From Fusobacteriaceae bacterium UBA2433 (GTDB taxonomy: Bacteria; Fusobacteriota; Fusobacteriia; Fusobacteriales; Fusobacteriaceae), in the NCBI GenBank assembly GCA_002342785.1, contig DDQV01000122.1:18752-82751 (forward strand): a DNA stretch of 64,000 nt, in the 5' to 3' direction. Shown one piece after another: positions 16,201-25,164 of the stretch (positions within the stretch are counted from its first letter, which is position 1; each line of letters starts with the position of its first letter). The notes under the pieces are model-generated. The model did not search any database. It was given only the letters and a program-made list of their open reading frames with translations, and was not told where the DNA came from. Both the position numbers and the translations under genes were made by a program.

Positions 16201-19200
16201 TGTTTATCCTCAACTTCATTTAAATTTTTTATCTCTCTAGTAATATTAATTTTATCTTTTCCTATAAGATTTACTAGTTCAAAATCAATAGTTCTAGTTG
16301 TACCGTCATACTCATTGAATGGTGTCAAATAAGACAGCTCCCACCTTTGAATAATTCCTAAGTTGTTCATAGATAAAGTTAAAGCTTTACTTACATGCTG
16401 TCCTTCATTACCCATCTCATACATGAAGAAGTTATTAGCAGTATTATAGTATTTAAAATCTGTATGGTAAATCTCTTTTTCATCAGAGGGGTATTCACCT
16501 AATATAGGGACTTCGTTGTCATCATATTCTGTCCAATAATTACTGTTATCTCTTTTTCCATTGGTATAATAATATTCTAAAGTTAAATCTCCATAATTAG
16601 AATCTGGTTTTATCTTAATCTTTTCATATTTTTTTAAATCCTTATCTATTGTTTTTTCAACAGTATTTCCCCTCTTCCTTACATGGAAAATACCATTTAG
16701 ATCTATATTGTCTGGCATATCTTTAAAATTGCTATTCAATTTTGCATATAACTTTTCTAAAACATCCCCACTACTATAATTTCCACCTGGTATTTTAGAA
16801 ACTCTATCACCATCCATATTCTCATCAGTCAAGAAAATTATCATCTTCTCTGATGGCATATATGCGTTTTGAGGTACAGCACCTGAGTTTCCTTTTTCAA
16901 CTATCTCCCCTGAATAACTTAAATATCTTCCATTAGTTCTTAATTTATCTATAGCATAATGAAGACCCCAAGCACTATTTTCTTGATCGTAATCATAACC
17001 CCATAGAGCATTTATATTATCAAATGCATCTATTAACTCTTCTAAATCATTTTCACGAGATGAAGTTTCTCCTAACTTAGATCCATCAAACCATTTATCT
17101 TTATAAACTGCCATATAATCTCGATCATATAAAGTAACACTATTACGCCAGTCTCCTGTGGGGTATAGTTCTTTCTCTTTATTATAAAAATTATAGTTAT
17201 AATAATAGTTATGATTTTGCTCTGGCCCAAAGGTAATTAAATTATATTTCACATCAAATCCCCTATCTAATAGTTCTTGTCCAAAAGCTGTTAATCCATT
17301 TTTTACTGCATCTATCTCCTCTTGCATAGAACCTGAATTATCTATAACAAAAACTATATCTAATGGAAATAAAAATCTTTTCATATCAGATCCTTTTAAT
17401 GTTATATTTCCAGCTTCTCCTATCCCCTCTTTTTTTCCTGTACCTTCATTTATTTCTTCCATATTAAAACTACCAAATTTAAGATTTTCAACCTTTAAAT
17501 CTATCTCCCTTTCCATCTTGGTAATGAAGTTTACATTTACTCGGATATCTCCCTTATCTTCTCCTATAGTTATAAAATCTATCTTATGTATATTGTTCTC
17601 TTTCTCAAATTCCTCACTGGCAATATCTGATATATCCATCTTAAATTCACTTTTATTTTCACGGGTGATAACTTTGTATCTTCCATCATGACCTCTTTTT
17701 ATACTATAAAATTGAATAATATAATCATCTACCGGCAGCCCAACTATTCGAAGTTCATTGTTGGTTTGTTCATACGAAATTATTGCATTGTTAAATGTCA
17801 TAGTTTTACTGGTAGTAGCTCCTAGAACTATATCCACATAATCTTGGTTATAAGTTTCTTCATTTATATTTCCGTATAAAAATGCTCCTAATTTTTTATT
17901 TCCCTCAACTGTTGGTTCAATTAAATTTATAGGATTACTATCTCTATAAGGATTCCAAGAATAATCTTTACTAGTACTTTTTTTAGTTACTCGAAATATA
18001 ACCTTGTCATAACTAAGGATCTCTCCATTTGTATTCAGCGGACCTTCATTCCATCTATAGGTTACTTTATTTCCTATTTCATTTATTTTTTCTATACCGT
18101 CACCTTTATCATCTGTATAAAATATAAGTTCATCCTTATCTTCATCTTTTAAAATTCCTTTAGATTCGGTGATGGTTTTTTCAATTATTAAACCTTTCGA
18201 ATTGCTCTCTTCTGGATATGCCCATAATCCATTGCTATAAACAAACTCTTTTATTAAACTATGGGTATTTTCACCTTTTAAATAATCATCTAAACTACTT
18301 GCATAACTTATAGTTTTTAATTGTTTATAACCCTTTCTTTCAGGACTTAATACTCTATCTTCAATATTATAATCTTGTTTTTTAAATCCTCTTGCAGGAT
18401 TAAATTCAAACATCACCCATTGATAAGCGTCTCCCGTATCTAAGTTTACTGGAGTAGGTTCAATATATTTTCCTATTAAATCTTTATCTTTATAAGTTTC
18501 ATCTAAAGTTGAATATCTTCTACTCCGAAAATTTATTTCTCTAATTTTTCCATTTTTTTGTTCAAACTCTGTCTCATAACTTCCTATCCATTTATAAACA
18601 TATTTATTTTCATCATTAATATTTATTTGGTTATCTATAACTTCATATTCCTCTCCACCTATCCAAATTTTATTTAACTCAATCTTCTCAGTATTTATAT
18701 ATTTATAATTTTCTTTTTTTTCTTCTCCGTCTCTTGTTTCTATTAAATCTAAAATATCTAATTTTTTTAAATCTTCAGTCGTTATGGTTATCATATTTAA
18801 TTTAATTTTTTTATACTCAGATATATCAATATCTTCAAGCCAAATAGGATCATCTAAAGAAGCTATGTTTTTTCCAATAAAATCCAAGCTTCCTTCATAA
18901 GTTACAGCCACATAATTTCCAGTTTCATTATTGTTTCTATATCTTAAAGTATAAAAATCTAAATTGTATTTTTTATTATCTTCTAATCCCATAATTTCAA
19001 ATTTACCCTCTATAAATCTTGCTTTTATTCCATCTATTTCTAGTTCTTGTGTAGATTTATTATTTTCAAATACAAAATCTCTATAGTTATTACCACTTAA
19101 ATCAAAATCATTTTCTTCAATATTTTTTATTGGACGTAGTTCATCGTGTTTAGATCCTGTGTATAACCTAAACAATACCTCTTGATGTTTATATGCTTTT

Positions 19201-21740
19201 ATATGTTCTAATTCATATTTATCTTCAAAGGTAAATGTATTCTTAGATGATTCTAAATCCTGTTCTTTAAAATTAGATATAGGAACAGGTATCATATAAT
19301 TTTCATTTATTTTATTTTTCAAAACATTATTTTCTTCAACTGTTAATTCAAATTTGCCCTTCTCAGGCTCACCAATATTTGAATCTATCTTAAATTCTAT
19401 TATAGATTTAGGTTCACCCTCATATTTATATCTTTCTTTTTCTTCTGGGATGAATTTACCATCAACACCTATAATATCTGATCTCAATAATTCATCTAAG
19501 CTACCATCTTCATCAATTGTTTTTATAGTTTCTAATCTTTGGTAAAAATCTATTTTATATCTTCCAGACTCTTTTTCATATTTCAACAAGTTTTCCTTTA
19601 TTATTTGTGAATAGATCCATTGTTTACTAGGTTTTGGAGTAGGATTTGGATTTATTATATTTTTTCCTTCGAAAATTAAACTACTTTCATAGGTAACAAC
19701 CACATAGTTTCCAGTATTGTTATTATTTCTATATCTTAAAGTATAAAAATCTAAATTATAGGATTTATTACTTTCTAATCCAATAATTTCAAATTTACCC
19801 TCTATGAACCTACCCTTTATTCCATCTTTTTCTACCTCTTGTTCAGATTTATTATTTTCAAAAACAAAATCTATATAACTATTATTAGTCAAACTATTGT
19901 CTTCTATTTTTTTTATTGGTCTGAGTCCATATTTTCTATTTCCTGTATAAAGTCTAAAAACTACTTCTTGATATCCATAACCTGATTTATTTTCATCATC
20001 TTCATCATATGTAAATATATTTTTAGTAGGATCTGAATTAACTTCTATAAAATTAGTTGTAGGAGCAGGTATTTTATATCCTTCACTTATTATCTCTTCA
20101 TCCTCAAATATAAAAATATTTCTCATATATTTAAATGTTCCATCAAAAGGTTCCCTTTTATTCTTAGTTAATTTAAATTCAACCATGGGTCTTTTTTCAC
20201 CGCTATATTCGTATACTTCTTTATTCTTTTGAGTAAAGTTATCTTCTTCAAAAGAACCATCAGAACTTAAAAATTCCTTTAAACTAGTTTCTACTTCTAA
20301 AGATTTTAGCTTTTCTATATCTTCATAAAAACTTATATCATAATAATATAGCATAACTCCAAAAATTTCTGAACTCGTTTTATCTAATTTTTCTTTTTCT
20401 ACCTGAGAATAGATATACTGTTCTCCAATTTCTATGTTTGATTCTGACTTTATTGGTTCTATATAAATTCCAAATAAATTATTTACAGAGTGTTTTTTAT
20501 CATTACTCAAAGTTCTTTCAGCATCAAAAGAAACTTTCCTCTCTTTACCTTCTTCCTCTACAAATTTAGTAATATAAGTTCCTTCCCAGCCATATATATA
20601 TTGTTTCTTATCCCCTTGTCCAGGTACTTTTTCTATTGTTTTATGATCACTGTCTAGAGTATAAACTACTCCATCTATCATGACTTCATTTAAAACAACT
20701 TGTTTCATCTCTATTTTTGAATATTCTTCATCATCATTCTCTCTAGTCTCTCTTATATTTGAAAGTTCCATAGATTTTACATCCATATTTGTTATACTGA
20801 TCAAATTTATCTCTATTTCATTATAATTATCTGAACTAATACCTTCTATCCTAGTTCTAATTACAGCTCGATCTTCATCATCTGAAATCTCAGTTTTACC
20901 TTCAAATTCTAAGGTGTTTTCATAAGTAGCCACAACATAATTTTTATCACCATTACTTCCATATCTCAAAGTATAAAAATCTAAATTATAAGATTCATTA
21001 TTTTTTAAACCTATAATTTCAAGTTTTTCATCTTTAAATTTAGCTATTATTCCATCTTTACTAATTGTCTCTTCACTTCCATCATTTTCAAATACAAAAT
21101 CTACATAACTATTATCAGTTAAATTATTGTCTTCTATTTTTTTTATAGGTCTTATTCCCTCTTGTTTATTGCCTGTATAAAGTCTAAAAACAACTTCTTG
21201 ACTATCGTATTTTCCACTATTACTACTAACTTCAGTATAGGTAAATGTATTTGTTTCACCACTCATTTCTTTAAAATCAGTTGTAGGAGCAGGAATATTA
21301 TAATTCTGATCTATTATAGTTTCCTCTTTATTCTTTTTATAGTAAATATATTGAAATGTCCCATTATAATTAGAATTTTTATTTTTAGATAATTCAAATT
21401 TAATCATTGATCTATTTTCACCATAATAAAAATAATCATAATCAGAATTATAATTATTATTATTATTATTATTTTTGGAAAAATCCGTGCTGCTATAAAT
21501 CTCTTTAGATTCCAATATTTCTTCTATACTATAATTTTCCGTTTCTAAAGAAGTAGCTTTATCTAATTGATTACTAAAATCAATATAGTAAATATATCCA
21601 TGATTTCCTGTTTCATTAGTTGTTTTTAAATCACTTTTTTTTACCTGAGTATATAACCATTGATTAGCTGAAAAAACACTCATACTCAGCAGTAAAAATA
21701 ATATACATATCTTATAAACTTTCATTATTTTCTTCTTCAT
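13203..21740 (-). CDS. Giant (2845 aa) secreted repeat protein with vWA domain and Ig-like modules; putative adhesin (paralog 1)
   Basis: Signal peptide (about 25 aa); three ~250-aa A repeats, two B domains and a diverged fourth A repeat; vWA with intact MIDAS DNSGS; DTIAP/DKAGN Ig-like motifs; AAGGAGG RBS 8 nt upstream. Confidence 0.8.
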   Translation of the reverse strand: MKKKIMKVYKICILFLLLSMSVFSANQWLYTQVKKSDLKTTNETGNHGYIYYIDFSNQLDKATSLETENYSIEEILESKEIYSSTDFSKNNNNNNNYNSDYDYFYYGENRSMIKFELSKNKNSNYNGTFQYIYYKKNKEETIIDQNYNIPAPTTDFKEMSGETNTFTYTEVSSNSGKYDSQEVVFRLYTGNKQEGIRPIKKIEDNNLTDNSYVDFVFENDGSEETISKDGIIAKFKDEKLEIIGLKNNESYNLDFYTLRYGSNGDKNYVVATYENTLEFEGKTEISDDEDRAVIRTRIEGISSDNYNEIEINLISITNMDVKSMELSNIRETRENDDEEYSKIEMKQVVLNEVMIDGVVYTLDSDHKTIEKVPGQGDKKQYIYGWEGTYITKFVEEEGKERKVSFDAERTLSNDKKHSVNNLFGIYIEPIKSESNIEIGEQYIYSQVEKEKLDKTSSEIFGVMLYYYDISFYEDIEKLKSLEVETSLKEFLSSDGSFEEDNFTQKNKEVYEYSGEKRPMVEFKLTKNKREPFDGTFKYMRNIFIFEDEEIISEGYKIPAPTTNFIEVNSDPTKNIFTYDEDDENKSGYGYQEVVFRLYTGNRKYGLRPIKKIEDNSLTNNSYIDFVFENNKSEQEVEKDGIKGRFIEGKFEIIGLESNKSYNLDFYTLRYRNNNNTGNYVVVTYESSLIFEGKNIINPNPTPKPSKQWIYSQIIKENLLKYEKESGRYKIDFYQRLETIKTIDEDGSLDELLRSDIIGVDGKFIPEEKERYKYEGEPKSIIEFKIDSNIGEPEKGKFELTVEENNVLKNKINENYMIPVPISNFKEQDLESSKNTFTFEDKYELEHIKAYKHQEVLFRLYTGSKHDELRPIKNIEENDFDLSGNNYRDFVFENNKSTQELEIDGIKARFIEGKFEIMGLEDNKKYNLDFYTLRYRNNNETGNYVAVTYEGSLDFIGKNIASLDDPIWLEDIDISEYKKIKLNMITITTEDLKKLDILDLIETRDGEEKKENYKYINTEKIELNKIWIGGEEYEVIDNQININDENKYVYKWIGSYETEFEQKNGKIREINFRSRRYSTLDETYKDKDLIGKYIEPTPVNLDTGDAYQWVMFEFNPARGFKKQDYNIEDRVLSPERKGYKQLKTISYASSLDDYLKGENTHSLIKEFVYSNGLWAYPEESNSKGLIIEKTITESKGILKDEDKDELIFYTDDKGDGIEKINEIGNKVTYRWNEGPLNTNGEILSYDKVIFRVTKKSTSKDYSWNPYRDSNPINLIEPTVEGNKKLGAFLYGNINEETYNQDYVDIVLGATTSKTMTFNNAIISYEQTNNELRIVGLPVDDYIIQFYSIKRGHDGRYKVITRENKSEFKMDISDIASEEFEKENNIHKIDFITIGEDKGDIRVNVNFITKMEREIDLKVENLKFGSFNMEEINEGTGKKEGIGEAGNITLKGSDMKRFLFPLDIVFVIDNSGSMQEEIDAVKNGLTAFGQELLDRGFDVKYNLITFGPEQNHNYYYNYNFYNKEKELYPTGDWRNSVTLYDRDYMAVYKDKWFDGSKLGETSSRENDLEELIDAFDNINALWGYDYDQENSAWGLHYAIDKLRTNGRYLSYSGEIVEKGNSGAVPQNAYMPSEKMIIFLTDENMDGDRVSKIPGGNYSSGDVLEKLYAKLNSNFKDMPDNIDLNGIFHVRKRGNTVEKTIDKDLKKYEKIKIKPDSNYGDLTLEYYYTNGKRDNSNYWTEYDDNEVPILGEYPSDEKEIYHTDFKYYNTANNFFMYEMGNEGQHVSKALTLSMNNLGIIQRWELSYLTPFNEYDGTTRTIDFELVNLIGKDKINITREIKNLNEVEDKQYTVKEEKLALEFKDPSVDNLKLNLVEGNGRITFRGKARYNEFDEDNKPIVVEKMINEYKLDVLDSNNNFLFSPKNITMSLSDEGWLENRVTKNLISQALAGRVKSDVTITNNSNVDILEYIDKARYTIDEDQNYKVELTNFEKEAIISGNTTKSSTTLNLIVDKTNINIEKDKFKAIVSDRSDTWYELNNSSETSDLLDEFLGNTDFEKSEENIYRIKLGDLGLKKLLSGTNDEGIELKISNTKLKELSDSTDTLTDTFGDQGWYEFKAILTDEEMDILKESTTVKSTEKINLEATIVTDLFNKTEILTDVIVDLSTPLITDVTLVNKTLFNFLDTMYSLDKDKTFSSDDILKYSGYDHEVEESFGLPTTGSTGKSGDKISIELIVEGKNLYQNNILKGIKIYQGSDLIDIKPSIIEISSDSEDETNKFKVTWYEISVSDSEIKVINNIKNEYEIEASQEGKILNVDNNDIEVVPTVKDIEPIEEIYYVNSNYSIDLGTTNKDLLAGIGILNYDKTKADSKTDEDGNKIYYGDSEYYYKLDGDENVYLGGEEGSVIPVSIDTSDSHLTDGEYRSKIYGMNISGKLKDITDYSSNDFKTIMGDNLGGENIVIRVDTIAPRIISLPIKESIESSDQDIENYYYFDLSFKIEDFNYNNNEFIEGQGGHKLLGKNNEEIGTFNDSSNPIIYSLKVKRSDLKDGGSVKVTIVVVDKAGNETTKEVTISIPRDIKINTYEELYQKEKSNIIEDGYKFTKGGLGSNNPNPGIYVTIPSSSSEDEKIGKLKIQTIGKDGRIEGEKIIKVSGGDEEKVIEVTFGFGEGVNEVRVTPINVSSVEGNPKEFKFVVDTKVNTSYLNNEIIGSMNGKNVEIDLSKIEELSGVEGYEYIFTVEGKTSEKVVESDLEGKTSTTISGNSISGIKIIDTSDFIGGAKGTLSFTVYDRLGNEKTFDKTYFIPTKPTGITSTIEDEAKQRKSKVNIFGDTDDSKFSIENSIDGSNED
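21453..21473 (-). repeat. (AAT)7 in-frame microsatellite encoding poly-Asn
   Basis: Seven ATT units on the plus strand; protein SKNNNNNNNYNSD. Confidence 0.85.
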
Positions 21741-22242
21741 CAGTATCTCCTCCTTTATTCAGTTCTATTTTTATTTTTTCTGCTTTATCAAATTCATCTG
21801 TACTTCTATATAGATTATAAAGCCTTATATTTATTTTCTTAGTCTCATCTTTTGATACTTTATTTTTTAACTCTACCAATGTTGGTATACTAAACTTTCT
21901 ACTGTATCTATATCTATCTATCTCGTCTAATAAATCATCTACTTTTTTTACTTTTTTTATCTCATCTGTTTCATCTAAAATTTCATTTTTTATTATTTCT
22001 AAAGCTTTATCTTCCTCTGCTTCTTTTTCCTTTCTTTCTTTTATAATAATTTTATTTCTTTTTATAGTTTCTTTTAATTCTTGTTTTGCTTCTTTTAGAT
22101 CTTGTTGTAATTTTTTTTCTTTTTCAACTTTTAATATTTCTTGCCTACTTTTCATTACTACCTCTTCTTTTTTTGGACGCAATATAAACAATATTAAAAG
22201 CCCAAACAATATTACTATTAATTTTAAATATTTTTTTCCCAT
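21712..22242 (-). CDS. Hypothetical protein with N-terminal membrane anchor and coiled coil
   Basis: GGAGG RBS; hydrophobic N-terminus; E/K-rich helix; 3' end overlaps the start of the giant gene by 29 nt. Confidence 0.75.
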   Translation of the reverse strand: MGKKYLKLIVILFGLLILFILRPKKEEVVMKSRQEILKVEKEKKLQQDLKEAKQELKETIKRNKIIIKERKEKEAEEDKALEIIKNEILDETDEIKKVKKVDDLLDEIDRYRYSRKFSIPTLVELKNKVSKDETKKINIRLYNLYRSTDEFDKAEKIKIELNKGGDTDEEENNESL

Positions 22243-22437
22243 AATTTTCCTCCAACGACTTTATAAATTTTCACTCATTAATTATTTGTCTAAAATTTAT
22301 TTATATAATATAGATTTATTTTATATATTACTAAGCCTTCTTAAAAACTCCTTTATTGTTGTCTTATCTATTTAATTTTACACTATTTTTAATTATTTTA
22401 CCATCGATATCAATTTTGTTATCTTATTTTTAATTAC

Positions 22438-22467
22438 AAAAAAAGCCAAGAAATAAATTCTTGGCTT
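22438..22467 (-). terminator. Terminator of rpsF-ssb-rpsR
   Basis: AAGCCAAGAA/TTCTTGGCTT stem with a U-tract on the minus strand. Confidence 0.85.
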
Positions 22468-22480
22468 CAAAAGTAATTTC

Positions 22481-22714
22481 TTACTTCTCCATGTTTGTGT
22501 AAGGTAATAAAGCGATGTTTCTAGCTTGCTTTATTGCTCTAGTTAATTTTCTTTGTAACTTAGCACTTGCTCCAGTTACTCTTGCAGGATTGATTCTACC
22601 TTTATCAGACATGAATCTTTTTAATAAATCTGCATTCTTATAGTTTAACTCTTCAGCTTTAACTCTTAACTTTGCTCTTTTTCTTCTCTTTCTGAATTCT
22701 GCCAACTCAGTCAC
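22481..22714 (-). CDS. rpsR: 30S ribosomal protein S18
   Basis: YKN..LL.RF.S..G.I.P.R.TG..AK.QR.L..AIK.AR..ALLPY. Confidence 0.97.
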   Translation of the reverse strand: MTELAEFRKRRKRAKLRVKAEELNYKNADLLKRFMSDKGRINPARVTGASAKLQRKLTRAIKQARNIALLPYTNMEK

Positions 22715-22723
22715 CTCCTAAAA

Positions 22724-23164
22724 TTAGAACGGGAACTCGTCATCTTCTTCCTCGACAACGCCCGATTGCTTTGGTTCTGTATACTTTGGTTGATTATAGC
22801 TATTTGTTGTTTTTGGTTTAGGTTTTGAATCAGATTCAAAACTGTTTGCGCCACTATTTCTAGATTCTAAAAATTCAATTCTATCCACAATAACTTCAGT
22901 TCGATACTTTTTCTCACCATTAATTTCATAGTTGCTAGTTTGAATTCTACCTTGTACTCCGGTATTATTACCTTTTCTTAAGTATTCTCCAATCAATTCA
23001 GCTGTCTTACCAAAGGCAGCACAACCAATAAAATCTGCTGGATCGTCTTTTCTCATCCTATTGACCGCTAGTGTGAATTTGCAATAAGCTGTTCCACTTT
23101 GTCCATACTTTAATTCTGGATCTCTAACTAGTCTTCCCGTTAAAACTACTAAGTTCATAGACAT
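22724..23164 (-). CDS. ssb: Single-stranded DNA-binding protein
   Basis: N.V.L.GRL.RDPEL OB fold; acidic tail DDEFPF. Confidence 0.97.
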   Translation of the reverse strand: MSMNLVVLTGRLVRDPELKYGQSGTAYCKFTLAVNRMRKDDPADFIGCAAFGKTAELIGEYLRKGNNTGVQGRIQTSNYEINGEKKYRTEVIVDRIEFLESRNSGANSFESDSKPKPKTTNSYNQPKYTEPKQSGVVEEEDDEFPF

Positions 23165-23196
23165 AATATACCTCCTAAATTAAACAATTTACTTTA

Positions 23197-23478
23197 TTAG
23201 TTTTTAGTTATGATATATCTCATAACTTCTTCCGTAATGTTTAATTTGTTTTCTGCTGCTTGTAAGTTTTGCCCTTCAGCTTTAAACGTAGTTAATACGT
23301 AGAAACCTGTTCCTTTCTTTTCGATTGGATAAGCTAACTTTCTTTCACCCATTTTTGTAGTTTTTAATTCAGTTGCAGTTGCTGCAGTTAAGATAGCTTC
23401 TACTTTCTCAATGATTGCACCTCTTGCGTCTTCCATAACTGTTGGGTTAATAATATACATTATTTCATATTTCGTCAT
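23197..23478 (-). CDS. rpsF: 30S ribosomal protein S6
   Basis: KYEIMYII.P...G.RKLAYPI.K...GFY; ATG at 23478 is 8 nt from AAGGAGG. Confidence 0.97.
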   Translation of the reverse strand: MTKYEIMYIINPTVMEDARGAIIEKVEAILTAATATELKTTKMGERKLAYPIEKKGTGFYVLTTFKAEGQNLQAAENKLNITEEVMRYIITKN

Positions 23479-23487
23479 CAATTTGAC

Positions 23488-23538
23488 CTCCTTCCCTCTG
23501 GATTTTGCCCAAGTGATAAATCACTCAAACAGGGTGAC
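23488..23538 (-). promoter_or_regulatory. Probable S6:S18-binding mRNA leader
   Basis: CCC...GGG pairing next to the SD with an inner GTGAT/ATCAC hairpin, directly upstream of rpsF. Confidence 0.55.
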
Positions 23539-23540
23539 TT

Positions 23541-23569
23541 ATTATATCATATCTGTAAAAGTAAAGCAA
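23541..23569 (-). promoter_or_regulatory. sigma70 promoter of the rpsF operon
   Basis: TTGCTT-N17-TATAAT with TGn extended -10. Confidence 0.75.
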
Positions 23570-23616
23570 GCATAAATAAATAAGCAAGTGATAATATTAA
23601 ATGTTTTTTTTAATAT

Positions 23617-23648
23617 AAAAAAAAAAAAAGGTACCCTAAGGTACCTTT
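23617..23648 (-). terminator. Terminator of eno
   Basis: AAAGGTACC/GGTACCTTT stem with a long U-tract on the minus strand. Confidence 0.85.
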
Positions 23649-23654
23649 AAAAAA

Positions 23655-24980
<1,326 letters not shown>

Positions 24981-25125
24981 TTATTTATATACATTAATAA
25001 TAGTATATTTTTTTCACTATGTAAAGAATAATTTTGTGTCATTTTCAAACAAATTTAGAGCAAAAAATGCCTAGATATTATTTTACTTATTTTTTATTCT
25101 AAACTCATAGATTTATTTTTTCAAA

Positions 25126-25158
25126 TAAAAAGATATAGAATTTTTCTATATCTTTTTA
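25126..25158 (-). terminator. Hairpin terminator after the PPIase gene
   Basis: 15-bp arms TAAAAAGATATAGAA/TTCTATATCTTTTTA. Confidence 0.7.
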
Positions 25159-25164
25159 AAAAAA

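Noticed and set aside
1-22440. Pilus locus as a mobile element or prophage
   Set aside because: No integrase, transposase, phage gene or flanking tRNA/att duplication within the window; the left boundary is not visible
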